Notes: generated by a model from the sequence alone, not told the origin. Positions 1 through 10,156 are shown, counted from the first letter of the stretch. The stretch is 64,000 bases of DNA from a virus (IMGVR_UViG_2585427708_000005), one strand, 5' to 3'. Numbers and translations: made by a program.

Positions 1-365
1 AAGCGCCAGATAAATTCAGGATGAGTTGGGGTAGGGATAGTAGCCATATTGGCAGCCTCCTTAGACGTTGGTATGTAACCACCGCAGAAGAGACCAATCT
101 TGCTGGCGGTGGACTGTACGGAGTTGGCCTTACTGGCGTCCAAGGTAACCAGCCTACCCGAAGGTAGCCCCATACAGCCCACCATTGTAGAGGTGTGCGT
201 GTACGCCGATACAAAAAAAGACGCGAGCGGCGTCTGTATCGCCTTAGACTTAAGCGGGAGGCCAATCCCGGCACCCGTTTTAATGAGGTGCCTGATAAGC
301 ATAAACCGAAAATGCCTCAAGGCGCAAGAGGTCAGGTTCAATGTAACATCGGTAGCTAAAAAACA

Positions 366-382
366 CAATTTATTAGAGCAAA
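366..382 (-). promoter_or_regulatory. C1 repressor operator-like site (15/17 match to ATTGCTCTAATAAATTT, reverse orientation)
   Basis: Plus strand reads caatttattagagcaaa, immediately downstream of the pacB stop; a leftward gene start is seen near position 47. Confidence 0.55.
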
Positions 383-385
383 TAT

Positions 386-1870
386 TCATTCATTAAGCCA
401 TGCCAGAGCTTCATCAACCTGCGCTTCGTCTTCGACGCTAAGCACTTCATCCTGGGGAACATAATCAGCCAGCATAGCGAAACAATATGTATCCCAATGG
501 TCTGGTGAGTGCAGGTTGAGTTTTTTCTTCATATCCTCCTTACTCATCACTTTCCATTGACCTGCGGAGTTAATCCCTACAGGGATTTTCGACGCTTCCT
601 CAATAGTTTCATTACCCTTATCCAGTCTCATACGACCAGATTTTACGGCCTCTGCGGCTTGAACGTTGGCATAAGCACGTTTATCAAAGTACAGGCTCTT
701 ATCTTCACGGCTATGCATCTTTTTACCCCAGCGTATACGCTGTACGGTAATACCATAATACTCGTACATCAGATCCGCCGTTGCTTTACCCAGGCCATCG
801 CCGTCTATCGCTATGGTGATATTTGGGAATCGCTCAGGATTACATTCTGCGAAAATTTTGGCGGCAAGCTGCGTTTCTGTAACGTCTGTGTATTCCAGCA
901 TTCGATAGTTGATTACACGGCGTTTATTTCGCTGGCCGGACACCATCATGATATTGATAACGGACTTATCCCGTCCCGTACCACCAGCAACGTCCACACA
1001 TGCAAGCCAGCCCCATCCTTTTGCAATCTTGACTTTCCGCCGCGTTGCACGTTCAACCTCATCACGTCCAAGAAGGAAGCCATCCTGTGATTTAGGGAAT
1101 AGGCCGCGTACCTTAATCATGTACATAGGGTTATCGCGCCCGCCGTACTCCGCCAGCTTCATTTTGATAAATGCTGGCGTTACCAGCGGTGATTCCTCAC
1201 TGTTAAGCGTGATCGCCGTATAAACGCCATCAGGGTTACCAGGACGCTTGGCCAGTTTATGGTGAGTATCGTAGAAATAGCCGCTTGGGCGTGTAGGCTG
1301 TGACAGTAATAAGATGCGGTTATCCTGTCCGGTAAGAGCACCGGTGATGATACCGAAAGCTCTATCACTGACACCGGAGGCTTCATCGATAATATACAGA
1401 AGATGATCTGCGTGTTCACCGGCGAGAGCTTCTTCACTTCCCAGACGAAAGCCCTTCGGTACTACAGTCCATACACCTTTACCAGTAACCTCATAGAAAG
1501 CGGTTTCTGTCAGAACAAAATAATCAGCAAGCCATGGGAAACGGCTGGTGGCAGTAGCCCAGTTTATCTTGATGTACTTGAATATACCGGTCATTACCTG
1601 CTGAATTTTGTTCGCAACGATAATGGCTCGGGCACCGGGATACATGATTATGAACAACATGATCATGATAGAAGTCATGTCTGATTTCCCGGTACCGTGA
1701 CCAGACGAAACAGATGTCTTGCTACCCTGTTCCTGCACAGACTCAATAATCAGATCCTGCTGCCAGGTAGGTGTTTTGCCGAACAAAACATCAGCGGCCG
1801 CAATCCAGTCATAACGATATAGCGCCACCAGCTCGCGCCAACGTGGATCCGTTACGCAACTTCTGGCCAT
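386..1870 (-). CDS. pacB: Terminase large subunit (PacB-like)
   Basis: 494-aa ORF directly downstream of and abutting the small-subunit gene; N-terminal ATPase-like region; position and size match P1 PacB as recalled. Confidence 0.85.
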   Translation of the reverse strand: MARSCVTDPRWRELVALYRYDWIAAADVLFGKTPTWQQDLIIESVQEQGSKTSVSSGHGTGKSDMTSIMIMLFIIMYPGARAIIVANKIQQVMTGIFKYIKINWATATSRFPWLADYFVLTETAFYEVTGKGVWTVVPKGFRLGSEEALAGEHADHLLYIIDEASGVSDRAFGIITGALTGQDNRILLLSQPTRPSGYFYDTHHKLAKRPGNPDGVYTAITLNSEESPLVTPAFIKMKLAEYGGRDNPMYMIKVRGLFPKSQDGFLLGRDEVERATRRKVKIAKGWGWLACVDVAGGTGRDKSVINIMMVSGQRNKRRVINYRMLEYTDVTETQLAAKIFAECNPERFPNITIAIDGDGLGKATADLMYEYYGITVQRIRWGKKMHSREDKSLYFDKRAYANVQAAEAVKSGRMRLDKGNETIEEASKIPVGINSAGQWKVMSKEDMKKKLNLHSPDHWDTYCFAMLADYVPQDEVLSVEDEAQVDEALAWLNE

Positions 1871-3063
1871 TAATCATCATCCCCGTATAGCTTGCGGGTA
1901 ACTTCTTCGTCTTCCTCCTCGTCTTCGTCCAGGTCTTGTTCCAGCCATGGGTCGTTTGATGCACCTTCAGTATCAACATCTCCATAACCGCCTGTATCAA
2001 CGATATCGGCGATTTCTTCCCTACGCTGCTCAATCCACAATGCGGCATCCGCGCGGCGGTTGGCGGCCCGTTCTCGCGCAACTTTGTCCAGATCTTCAAG
2101 AGAAGGGCCACCGACGGCTGTTTGCCTTTCCTCATCATCGGTATTGGTCTTAGGAGCACGCAGATCGGCTTTGATTTGCTCCAGCATCAGGGGCGGCACT
2201 TTCCCGCCATGCGCCTCGATGAATTCAGCTGCTTCCAGCACTGACCAGTTATTTTCACGCTTTCGTTCGTATGCCAGCTTAACAATGCCAGCTTGCCCCA
2301 TAGATAAAGCGTGCTTTTCCGCCTCCCGGCTTTCTTTTCGATAGTTATTCCGGATGCTGTAAATGGTGTTGATCAGGCTGCTTATCTGCGCGGAACAGCT
2401 GTTTAGCATGCTCGCGATACGATATTCAGGCGGAGTCCCTTCATCATCGTCTTTTTGCTGATCGCGCATTTCCTGCACCAGACGAATACACGTATCCCTG
2501 GCGTTCTCCAGCATAAGGAGATGAGAAAGAGACTTTTCCAGAAGAGTGGTTTCCAGAACATCGGCCCCGGACCGACGCAACATAGCGCGCGCGGCCTTCC
2601 GCGCTTCAACGTTATCTATCAGGTAATCGCCAGCTTCGAATTCAAAGCGTTCACCATCATCATCCAGGGTGTCGCGTTCCAGGCGATCACGTAAGGTCCG
2701 GTGGGCGCGGGTGATCACGTCATGATCATCAGAACGATCATTTATGCGCTTATTTTGGCGCTTCGCATTCTCGACTGCGGCACTGACAACGGCATTAACC
2801 CTTTGTTTTTCCGCTATTTCAGCCGCAATGTGATTACCTGCATGTTGATCATTAGAGTGATCAATGATCATGCTTTTTAGTGGCTTCCTGACTGGCTTAT
2901 TTGGCTTGCGGCTGTCCGCTGTCCTGGTGTCTTCTTTGAAGGCACGGAGATAACGACGTGCAGTATTAGGGTTAAGATTAAACTCGGCGGCATACTGTGC
3001 GATGGTGTAACCACCATCTCGCGCCAGGCGAGCAAAATTCTTCTTGTGATCGTCCCAGGTCAC
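1870..3063 (-). CDS. pacA: Terminase small subunit (PacA-like), contains the pac site
   Basis: 397-aa ORF with N-terminal HTH-like region and acidic C-terminus; TGATCA hexamer clusters inside the gene; abuts pacB. Confidence 0.8.
   Translation of the reverse strand: MTWDDHKKNFARLARDGGYTIAQYAAEFNLNPNTARRYLRAFKEDTRTADSRKPNKPVRKPLKSMIIDHSNDQHAGNHIAAEIAEKQRVNAVVSAAVENAKRQNKRINDRSDDHDVITRAHRTLRDRLERDTLDDDGERFEFEAGDYLIDNVEARKAARAMLRRSGADVLETTLLEKSLSHLLMLENARDTCIRLVQEMRDQQKDDDEGTPPEYRIASMLNSCSAQISSLINTIYSIRNNYRKESREAEKHALSMGQAGIVKLAYERKRENNWSVLEAAEFIEAHGGKVPPLMLEQIKADLRAPKTNTDDEERQTAVGGPSLEDLDKVARERAANRRADAALWIEQRREEIADIVDTGGYGDVDTEGASNDPWLEQDLDEDEEEDEEVTRKLYGDDD
2711..2870. other. pac packaging site: two clusters of TGATCA(G) hexamers (Dam GATC sites) about 130 bp apart
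   Basis: tgatca at 2712, 2723, (c)gatca 2736 and tgatca at 2846, 2858, 2865; matches the known P1 pac architecture of hexamer repeats flanking the cleavage region. Confidence 0.7.
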
Positions 3064-3106
3064 TTATGCTTCCTTTCGTAAAAACTCTTTTTGACGCGAG
3101 GGTAAC

Positions 3107-3115
3107 GAAAGTCAC
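3107..3115 (-). promoter_or_regulatory. Candidate late-promoter box GTGACTTTC (minus-strand sense) upstream of pacA
   Basis: Same 9-mer recurs upstream of the head gene at 42374..42382; about 50 nt upstream of the pacA start. Confidence 0.35.
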
Positions 3116-3148
3116 ATGTCAAAAGGCCCGGAACGGGCAAGCAATCAA

Positions 3149-3601
3149 TCAGATACGTGCGGATGTGGCATTACCGTAATGACGGTGCTGACGGGCCACC
3201 TTATTGAAAAGTTGACGCGCCATTACCCAAGGCTGGTGCTCCCGGCGTTCCTTTTCGTCCTGCGTCATATAGAGTTCGTTCTGGAGTTTTTCATCAAACC
3301 GGCGCGGAGCGCGGCTACGGCGAAAGAATTCAGGATTCAGAGAGTGGATCTGAAATCTACGTGGGCGTGTACTGTCATCAATCAAAACAGACGAATACTT
3401 AGACACAGCGATAGCCTTTAAGCGCAGATAAACATCGCGCTTATCGACATCCAGATGCGGGTATTCCTTTTCAAGAATTGCTGCGAGTTCTTTCGCTGAT
3501 AGAAGAGATTTAGTGCGGATCATGTAATCCGCAATCTCGTACGATGTTATTCGTGAGTGATTTATTTCCATGAAGTGGCGTCCCTGCCAGTTAAGTAACA
3601 T
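3149..3601 (-). CDS. lpa: Late promoter activator (Lpa-like, gene 10)
   Basis: 150-aa ORF between the pdc/doc module and pacA, preceded by an operator-like site; assignment by position and size only. Confidence 0.5.
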   Translation of the reverse strand: MLLNWQGRHFMEINHSRITSYEIADYMIRTKSLLSAKELAAILEKEYPHLDVDKRDVYLRLKAIAVSKYSSVLIDDSTRPRRFQIHSLNPEFFRRSRAPRRFDEKLQNELYMTQDEKERREHQPWVMARQLFNKVARQHRHYGNATSARI

Positions 3602-3671
3602 CCTGTCACCTACTGATTAGCCCATGTCAACTAATCAACGTGGAATATAATACCCTCGATTAAAGAAATAG

Positions 3672-3688
3672 CAATACATTAGAGCAAT
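3672..3688 (-). promoter_or_regulatory. C1 operator-like site (14/17)
   Basis: caatacattagagcaat just upstream of the lpa start. Confidence 0.45.
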
Positions 3689-3689
3689 T

Positions 3690-4733
3690 TTATCTAACGC
3701 TCGACGAGTGACTTGTGATAGCGCCGACTCCAAGCGCGTAATCAAAGAACAATCGTTGATGCATCGCCAGCCTGCCGTGCGTCTTCTCCCAATTATCGCG
3801 GTCACGCTCAATATCACGCTGGCATGACTGGCACAGAGGAATTGCGTAAATGTCATGCGCGCATAATCGACTATGACGAACGATATAAGGCGTAATGCGA
3901 GCGCCAGCTCCCGCAGCTCCACATCCACAGCACGGACGGGAAGCAACAAAGTCCATGTACTCGGGTAATTTTAGCGATTGCAGTTTTGGTATTTTGAAAT
4001 GCGCCATGCCAGGGTCGGAGTCAACATCCACAGGGCATACTTTTGCACGCATCGGCGCGGCGCGTTCTTCCATCATCTGAACATATGCTGTAGCACGATC
4101 GTCGTACGGGCGAATATCCGCCTCTTTCAAAGGTCCGCTATCCTGCGGAGCAGCCTTCATCTTATTTATTGATATGCGGCAAACTTCTTCCGGCATCAGG
4201 TGCATCATGTTGCGCATGAAAGCCCACCAGCACAGTTCCTGAATACTTAAATCATGGCCATCTGAAAGCCCCATTTCCTGACGGGCGACATCCAGTATCC
4301 AGTTAACGCGATTATTATGCAGCGTTTCTTTCAGCTCATTAAAACCACGCATCCGGTAATGGTTATCGTGATGCCAGCACAACAACACCGCGCTATTGTC
4401 TCGTTCTGCGTGGACAATATGGTTGTCACACCAGCTACGATCTGCGGCCTGGCATTGCCCCTCTTTCCTGCGCAACCACGCCACCAGCGCGTCAATTCCA
4501 CCAATACGGCGAAACAGTTCATCGCTGTTAAAAAACGGCTGCAACGCCTCATTTGTTGCCATAGTTTGCTCGGAAACAACGAGGCCGTCGTCCATGTGCT
4601 CGATTAACTCACGCGGCACCGGCTCCATAATAAATTTACGGCCAGCCTCCACCAGCTTTCTGACTTCCTGATCCACTTTGAATGTGGCGACGCCAAGCTC
4701 TTTTTGTACAAAGGGAGTAATTACGGCTTTCAC
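3690..4733 (-). CDS. Hypothetical protein with HNH-like Cys/His motifs (DUF968-like; P1 pdcB position)
   Basis: 347-aa ORF; CDNHIVH...LLCWHHDNH and C-terminal CxxC motifs; downstream of doc. Confidence 0.6.
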   Translation of the reverse strand: MKAVITPFVQKELGVATFKVDQEVRKLVEAGRKFIMEPVPRELIEHMDDGLVVSEQTMATNEALQPFFNSDELFRRIGGIDALVAWLRRKEGQCQAADRSWCDNHIVHAERDNSAVLLCWHHDNHYRMRGFNELKETLHNNRVNWILDVARQEMGLSDGHDLSIQELCWWAFMRNMMHLMPEEVCRISINKMKAAPQDSGPLKEADIRPYDDRATAYVQMMEERAAPMRAKVCPVDVDSDPGMAHFKIPKLQSLKLPEYMDFVASRPCCGCGAAGAGARITPYIVRHSRLCAHDIYAIPLCQSCQRDIERDRDNWEKTHGRLAMHQRLFFDYALGVGAITSHSSSVR

Positions 4734-4760
4734 ATCACACCTTTCATCACTGATTGGGCT

Positions 4761-4940
4761 TTATCTGCTGCCCGGCATTCTCTGTTTAAGCACAACCATT
4801 TCCTGACGGCATAACACAGCAATAGCAGTCCTGGCTCTAATTTGCTTACCAACCAGGTATTGCTTTACCTCGCGGCGACTCACGCCATCAAGAAGCATCT
4901 TTAACGCTTCACGGGACAATTTGTTGTATTTGCGTGCCAT
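4761..4940 (-). CDS. Small basic putative DNA-binding protein (P1 pdcA position); start taken at internal Met
   Basis: 59-aa reading MARKYNKLSREALKMLLDG...; lies directly after the doc stop. Confidence 0.4.
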   Translation of the reverse strand: MARKYNKLSREALKMLLDGVSRREVKQYLVGKQIRARTAIAVLCRQEMVVLKQRMPGSR

Positions 4941-4944
4941 TAAT

Positions 4945-5325
4945 CTACTCCGCAGAACCATACAATCTACGTAACGTGGCGGCGACAGAAGATACAGATA
5001 TCTCGCCAGTCGCAGCCCCTACGGTAAGGTCTGCCAGTTCAGGTGAATCAAATACCTGCACCCCGTTACGGCGTAGAAATAACAGCGCACTGTTTAGCGC
5101 GGTACGCTTATTGGCATCATTGAATATATGCCCTCTCGCCGTAGCCACCAGGTAGGTGGCGGAGACTTCGAAAAGGTCGGTGATCTCTTCGTAGGCAACT
5201 CTGGCCTGAACTCTCCCGATAATGGCCTCTGCCCTACCCGGATCTGACATTCCCGGCAGGCCGCCGTAGCGGCTTATATTCGCATCATGAAGCGCAATAA
5301 GTTCTTCCGGTGATATATGCCTCAT
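4945..5325 (-). CDS. doc: Doc toxin (Fic/Doc family, death on curing)
   Basis: 126-aa ORF with Fic/Doc-type motif region ([12 protein letters not shown]); overlaps the phd stop; matches P1 Doc as recalled. Confidence 0.9.
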
Positions 5326-5552
5326 TATCGGTTAACCAGTTCCTTGTTGGTGGAGTCCAGGGTGTCAAACAGGGATGCAAATTCAGCATCCAGCGCCGCT
5401 TTTTTGTAGGCTTCGAAAGTAGCCTTGCTGACAATTACTGCTGGCTCACGGCCTCTGCGGGTGATTTCAACCTCTTCCCCGGCTTCAACATTGTTGAGCA
5501 CTTCAGAAAGGTTGCCACGCGCGGTACGGAAGTTAATGGATTGCATAAACAC
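5325..5552 (-). CDS. phd: Phd antitoxin (Phd/YefM family)
   Basis: About 73-aa ORF (true start probably the third codon) immediately upstream of and overlapping doc. Confidence 0.9.
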
Positions 5553-5618
5553 CTCGTGTACTCGTTATGTGTACACAATTATAAACTTCACAGGCATAAA
5601 GCACCAGCACTTTGCAGC

Positions 5619-6008
5619 TTAAATCACCGGACAATCATCAAATTCCCCACTTCGGGCATCATTGATGACATGAGTGATCACACCAAAAACAGCATTACTA
5701 CCCGTGTAACCATCGTCATCTACTGGTAACGCCTCTTTCTTCCCGGTGCTTAAATCCTCCAGGTGCTGGCGCGGATACTTCCTGTATCTCTTTATGCGAT
5801 ATTCACCCTCCATAGCGCACACAAGCAGAGAACCATCAACCGGAGTAAGCGAGGAATCAACCACCAGCAAAGCACCCTGCAATATTCCCTCACGGTGATG
5901 GCTATCAGCTGCCCGCATGAAGTAGGTTGCTGATGGATGTCTAATTATCTGCTGATCAAGAGAAATTCGGCTTTCAACATAATCCGCCGCAGGAGAAGGG
6001 AAACCCAT
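5619..6008 (-). CDS. humD: UmuD'-like S24 peptidase (HumD-like SOS mutagenesis protein)
   Basis: 129 aa with strong similarity to the UmuD C-terminal domain (GFPSPAADYVE...HPSATYF); LexA box upstream. Confidence 0.85.
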   Translation of the reverse strand: MGFPSPAADYVESRISLDQQIIRHPSATYFMRAADSHHREGILQGALLVVDSSLTPVDGSLLVCAMEGEYRIKRYRKYPRQHLEDLSTGKKEALPVDDDGYTGSNAVFGVITHVINDARSGEFDDCPVI

Positions 6009-6028
6009 AGCGTTTTACCTCAAAAATA

Positions 6029-6044
6029 CTGTTTATCTGTACAG
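6029..6044. promoter_or_regulatory. LexA box (CTGT-N8-ACAG)
   Basis: ctgtttatctgtacag about 20 bp upstream of the humD start. Confidence 0.6.
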
Positions 6045-6182
6045 TATACATTAAAGAAGCACCTTTGGTGCAAACGCGTTATGTACATCAACCACCGCTG
6101 ATGATTTTTGTGCGCTTTGCTACTATTCATCACCGCGGGATCAGCGTAACCTCGTTGCCAATCAGTTAATAAGGAATTAGCT

Positions 6183-6518
6183 ATGCCTAATCGCATTCCT
6201 CTCGATCCTGTATTGCCCAAAAATTTTGACTGCACTCCTAACGAGAAACGCTCTAAAGCTCAGCTGGACGCCTGGTGGGACCATCCCTATGGGGTTACAG
6301 AACATGACGGGAAAATTGTTGTTTATTGTCTGAATGGTGGCGCGTGGGACCGTCCATCCGTGCTTGGTTTGGCAAATAACTATGATGAAGCCTGTGAACT
6401 TGCCGAAAGACAGCAGGCAAGCTGGGTAAAAACACGGTCTGAACCGACATTCATGTTTTCAAAAGAACCGCCATTTATACTGGCGAGGATGCCGCAGCGA
6501 CCGGATCATCAACAATAA
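6183..6518 (+). CDS. Hypothetical protein, divergent from humD
   Basis: 111-aa ORF with RBS-like aggaattagct upstream; no recognisable domain. Confidence 0.45.
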   Translation: MPNRIPLDPVLPKNFDCTPNEKRSKAQLDAWWDHPYGVTEHDGKIVVYCLNGGAWDRPSVLGLANNYDEACELAERQQASWVKTRSEPTFMFSKEPPFILARMPQRPDHQQ

Positions 6519-6548
6519 ATTGTTGCTGAATTTTCCTCAAGGGATGAG

Positions 6549-6764
6549 ATGAATCTCTTCTCATTAAAGCAGGAAGAAAGGGATCGCGTCGAAGTGTCTC
6601 CAACTCTCGACCACAACCGGATGAACCTGGCCCAACTCGCCTGGTACAGCAAAGAATTAGAGATGTCTATTGCCCGACTTGAAAACGAAAAAGCCGCTAT
6701 CCAAGCCCAGCATGAAGTAGTTCTGAACCGGATTAGAGAAATGCAAAACGATAATAGAGGCTAA
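6549..6764 (+). CDS. Hypothetical coiled-coil protein
   Basis: 71-aa ORF followed by a hairpin. Confidence 0.35.
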   Translation: MNLFSLKQEERDRVEVSPTLDHNRMNLAQLAWYSKELEMSIARLENEKAAIQAQHEVVLNRIREMQNDNRG

Positions 6765-6790
6765 ATCGAGGTAGAAAACACATTGTTTAA

Positions 6791-6807
6791 GGCCACTAAT
6801 TGTGGCC
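6791..6807. terminator. Hairpin between convergent genes (weak or bidirectional terminator)
   Basis: ggccac-taatt-gtggcc stem-loop between 6549..6764(+) and 6825..7376(-); no strong T-run. Confidence 0.35.
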
Positions 6808-6824
6808 TCAAAGGGGAGAGATGC

Positions 6825-7376
6825 TTATTGGCTATGGCTAAAAATCAAATGAGACACTTCATGTGGTTGTAGCTCGTCAAGATCCGGGGCCACAAAACCT
6901 TTTCCGAAAGACTTCACAAGTAATTCACCAGCCGCATCATTGTCACCTATTACACGAAAGTCATACGGCAGCATCGCAAGTTGACGGCGTAATCCTGCGG
7001 AGAAAGTCGAACCTAACAGCGCCCACGAATTGCCGCCCGCGTTGTGTACAGCTGCGCTCTTAAAAATAGACTCAGTTATCCATATTGGGCCATCTTTTAA
7101 AGGAAGATAGGTTCCCCAAAGTAACTGTCTGCCATGTGATCGCGTGAAATACCGGGCCATCTTCGGATTGCTATGCTGCTTAGGAGCACCTGGTCTATAT
7201 GTCTGATACCCAGCCAACATCCCATCAAACCTGTATAGAGGGAATGTAACTACTCCTTCACTTTCATCGATCCACTGTCTATATGGGTGTATATCATGGC
7301 GGTAGTTACGAGTTAGCAAATGAGCTTCCAGCTTTCCAAATTTTGTCATATTCCGTTCTTCCTGCATACTGGGCAT
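6825..7376 (-). CDS. Toprim-domain protein (primase-like catalytic core)
   Basis: 183 aa with conserved Glu (ITESIFKSAA) and DxD (VIGDNDAAGE) Toprim signatures. Confidence 0.55.
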   Translation of the reverse strand: MPSMQEERNMTKFGKLEAHLLTRNYRHDIHPYRQWIDESEGVVTFPLYRFDGMLAGYQTYRPGAPKQHSNPKMARYFTRSHGRQLLWGTYLPLKDGPIWITESIFKSAAVHNAGGNSWALLGSTFSAGLRRQLAMLPYDFRVIGDNDAAGELLVKSFGKGFVAPDLDELQPHEVSHLIFSHSQ

Positions 7377-7651
7377 GTGTTCTCTGTGAAATATGGGAAA
7401 CTATTATCCAGCTCATCTACCCACTGTTTATGGTCGAAGCAGAAAAATATCTCCCACGGCATTCCATATTCTTCCATCCATAGGCGGATCTGCATTTCTA
7501 TTGGAATCGGCGGTATTGCAGACACCATATCAACAGGATAACAGTTCAGACGACGTTCCAGTTCTTCTACTCTCTTCTGGAGATGAAATATCCGATCCAG
7601 ATGCACACGCCGCTCCCGTGCCATTTTAAAATAAAGCTCGCCGGTCATCAT
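7346..7651 (-). CDS. Hypothetical coiled-coil protein with C-terminal Cys/His motif (paralog A)
   Basis: 101 aa; C-terminal W-E-I-F-C-x-DH-x2-W-x-DELD-x-SFPYF-x-E-x3-CPxCR shared with the next gene. Confidence 0.5.
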   Translation of the reverse strand: MMTGELYFKMARERRVHLDRIFHLQKRVEELERRLNCYPVDMVSAIPPIPIEMQIRLWMEEYGMPWEIFFCFDHKQWVDELDNSFPYFTENTCPVCRKNGI

Positions 7652-8016
7652 TAACTCCTACATTCAGGGCAAGAGTTCCCTTCCGCAAAATAGGGGAAAC
7701 TGCTATCAAGCTCATCACACCATCTGCGATGGTCGTAGCACCAAAACGCCTCCCACGGTGCACGGAAATACTTCATCCACCAGGACACTCGATCAGGTAT
7801 ATCTGCTGGTGGCAGCTCTTCTGGCAATAATTTGCCTGATAATTCCCTTTCCGCCCGCGCCAGCATTCCTTTTAGACTCGCATTCTCTTTTTCAAGAATA
7901 TCTATGCGCGCCTGTAACTCAGCTTTCGTTGGCATGGTCCGCCTCATGCTTTTCAGCCACCAGCGGCAATAAAGCCCTGGCCATCTTATGAACCAACAGA
8001 GCATCGATAATGCCAA
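7651..8016 (-). CDS. Hypothetical coiled-coil protein with C-terminal Cys/His motif (paralog B)
   Basis: 121-aa ORF (real start probably internal) ending WEAFWCYDHRRWCDELDSSFPYFAEGNSCPECRS. Confidence 0.5.
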   Translation of the reverse strand: MALSMLCWFIRWPGLYCRWWLKSMRRTMPTKAELQARIDILEKENASLKGMLARAERELSGKLLPEELPPADIPDRVSWWMKYFRAPWEAFWCYDHRRWCDELDSSFPYFAEGNSCPECRS

Positions 8017-8608
8017 GCGTATGCCCCGGCTTAATGTTTAATGCCGCCTCAAGGTGACACCTTTCCAGGTCACTTTTCTCGGCTTGTTTATGATGGTCTG
8101 GCGTAATAACGTCGCCCAAAACACGGCTAATTCTTTCTCGTAATTGCTGGGTGCCTGCACACTTGATCGCTGTATCGTGGAGACGGTTAACCAGTTCGCG
8201 ATAAACATGCGGCTTAATGCGGATACGTTCACCTGTGACGCCCTTTCCTGGCGCTGGCACCGAACTATCCGGAATATCCGGAATATCCGGATAGTTGCCA
8301 GCCTCGTAAGCTACCCGCAGCCAGTGCATGAATGTTTCAGTGGACACACAACCACAGTCCACATCGATTTTTCCGCGTTGCTGTTCCAGCCACTGCTCAA
8401 AATTCAATCTACACGTATTACTTTCATGTTGCTCTTTTTGTCTCAAGGCCAGCACCTGTTGGGCCAGTTCCAGAACGATACCGGGTGACGCTAACCTCTC
8501 AAATTCCAATAAATAGTTTGCGTCAGGATGACAAGTAGCCTCGCCTGCAAAAAATACCAATTGCTGTAAGTATGCTGTCGTTAGAGTAGTCATTTCTTTT
8601 TGCGCCAT
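7919..8608 (-). CDS. Hypothetical protein
   Basis: 229-aa ORF; contains a DIPDIP tandem repeat encoded by ccggaatat repeats. Confidence 0.5.
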   Translation of the reverse strand: MAQKEMTTLTTAYLQQLVFFAGEATCHPDANYLLEFERLASPGIVLELAQQVLALRQKEQHESNTCRLNFEQWLEQQRGKIDVDCGCVSTETFMHWLRVAYEAGNYPDIPDIPDSSVPAPGKGVTGERIRIKPHVYRELVNRLHDTAIKCAGTQQLRERISRVLGDVITPDHHKQAEKSDLERCHLEAALNIKPGHTLGIIDALLVHKMARALLPLVAEKHEADHANES

Positions 8609-8964
8609 TTCTTTTCACATTCCTTAGTCCATTTTTCAATGTTCATTTTGGCAATATCAGTCATTCCATCACCTAAGAAATACTTTTTCCGGTACGTCTT
8701 GCACTTAAACCACACTACAACAGCCACCAGCCAGAAAATAAAAGGCCATACGGCAATACCAACTCCAGCCGCGATAAAGCCCAATATCCATAAATGAAGC
8801 TCTCCAACTTCTGTTTCCGGCAATATTCTTAAAGAATTAAACAGCAGGCTGAACGAATGGTCGTATGCATTGGCAGTATAAGACATGCAATCCATATAAT
8901 TAAAGTCATAGCCTGCGGCTGCCGCCCATAATGGGCGGTCAAGAAAATGTTTTAGTGTCATCAT
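8590..8964 (-). CDS. Hypothetical membrane protein
   Basis: 124 aa with two hydrophobic helices (LWILGFIAAGVGIAVWPFIFWLVAVVVWF). Confidence 0.5.
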   Translation of the reverse strand: MMTLKHFLDRPLWAAAAGYDFNYMDCMSYTANAYDHSFSLLFNSLRILPETEVGELHLWILGFIAAGVGIAVWPFIFWLVAVVVWFKCKTYRKKYFLGDGMTDIAKMNIEKWTKECEKKWRKKK

Positions 8965-8970
8965 ATTAAT

Positions 8971-9264
8971 TTAAGGTTCAGGCCAGTTATCTTCAATAGC
9001 AATGCTTAATCTTTGTAGCCATTCTGCTAATTTCAGCATTGCTTCTCTTTCGCTTAAACCACACGGAAAATCATCAAGCGATATTGTTGGCTTGAAGTTT
9101 CCCAAATTATCCATTTCAACGGTCAGATTTTGCTCCAGAACGGTATTTCTTACGCGGCTATTGTGCCGAAGCAAATATACTGAACGTGATTTATTGGTTT
9201 TGTGGTCGAACGTATATTCGGTAAGTATCATCTGACTTCCGCCATGATTATTACCGCGCCACAT
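8971..9264 (-). CDS. Hypothetical protein
   Basis: 97-aa ORF in the operon context. Confidence 0.4.
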   Translation of the reverse strand: MWRGNNHGGSQMILTEYTFDHKTNKSRSVYLLRHNSRVRNTVLEQNLTVEMDNLGNFKPTISLDDFPCGLSEREAMLKLAEWLQRLSIAIEDNWPEP

Positions 9265-9287
9265 AATTACTCCGTGTTAATTGAAAT

Positions 9288-9569
9288 TTAGCTATTAATC
9301 TTCACTTTTATCGCGAACACCTTTACCGGTTTATCACCGAAGTGTGGATGTGTGATTGTTTTTATTTCATATCCGTTATACGGGACGTCAATTCTGCGAC
9401 TGAAGTCTTCGCGCTTCGGATATCCCTTTGTGATAATCAGGCGGTCATACTTACAGTTAACGAGGCGCTTATTCCAGTAGTCATTACACAGGCGATACTC
9501 TTCCGTTTTCTCCCCGCGAATCATGGCATCGAAGTATTCACCTTTAACGGCAAGTTGCAGGTTAGCCAT
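9288..9569 (-). CDS. Small ASCH/PUA-like protein (putative)
   Basis: 93 aa; pattern resembles the ASCH family (KTEEYR...LIITKGY). Confidence 0.4.
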   Translation of the reverse strand: MANLQLAVKGEYFDAMIRGEKTEEYRLCNDYWNKRLVNCKYDRLIITKGYPKREDFSRRIDVPYNGYEIKTITHPHFGDKPVKVFAIKVKINS

Positions 9570-10156
9570 TACCTCACCTCCTGCTGCGGTGCTGCTGGCA
9601 TTTCACGCCAGTGCGTAACTGAGTGCGGATCCGGATATTCGGTGCCATCATCCCAGCGATTGCCATTCCACATTGCAGACCACATCTCACCGTCTTCATA
9701 CATGACCATTACCGGAATTAACTTATCCGGCATTCGCTCACTACAGCATATCCAACCATCCGGAGTTACCGGAGAGTTGCCCGATAGCGCATTACGCAAT
9801 CGCTCCAGCTTCACGTATTCCTGAACCCTGTTTCCGTCGCATGCCTGAAGCCATTGCGCAGCCTTTTGCGCATCAGTGTGAAAGGCACAAGTGCGACCGT
9901 CATCAAATTGCATTTCGTAGAGGTCAGCAACTTGTTCAAACTGCGTATGTTGTGACTTGTAAGTTTGGCTTACAGGTTCGGCACCATGAAGCATGGCGGC
10001 GCGGAGTTTCTGTATCTCCCGTGCCATTATTGCGGCCTGACGAGGAGTGAACATATCACCTGCAATAATTCTGTTTAGTTCCTCGTCAGTGAACTCATAA
10101 TCATCAGGAACATTGTGAACCTCAGCATAAAGAGGCTTTTTTGTAGAAATGGTCAT
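9569..10156 (-). CDS. Hypothetical phage protein with DUF551-like C-terminus
   Basis: 195 aa; Trp-rich C-terminal region typical of DUF551. Confidence 0.45.
   Translation of the reverse strand: MTISTKKPLYAEVHNVPDDYEFTDEELNRIIAGDMFTPRQAAIMAREIQKLRAAMLHGAEPVSQTYKSQHTQFEQVADLYEMQFDDGRTCAFHTDAQKAAQWLQACDGNRVQEYVKLERLRNALSGNSPVTPDGWICCSERMPDKLIPVMVMYEDGEMWSAMWNGNRWDDGTEYPDPHSVTHWREMPAAPQQEVR

Noticed and set aside
100-396. 98-aa plus-strand ORF at the left edge
   Set aside because: It overlaps the operator-like site and lies in what should be the regulatory/leader region of a leftward gene starting near position 47; no RBS is seen. Probably not a real gene, but too little sequence to be sure.
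509-1684. Plus-strand and alternative-frame ORFs inside pacB
   Set aside because: They are antisense or out of frame relative to a well-supported terminase gene and have low-complexity translations.
8270-8295. Tandem ccggaatat repeats as a regulatory repeat
   Set aside because: They lie inside the 7919..8608 coding frame and simply encode a DIPDIP repeat.
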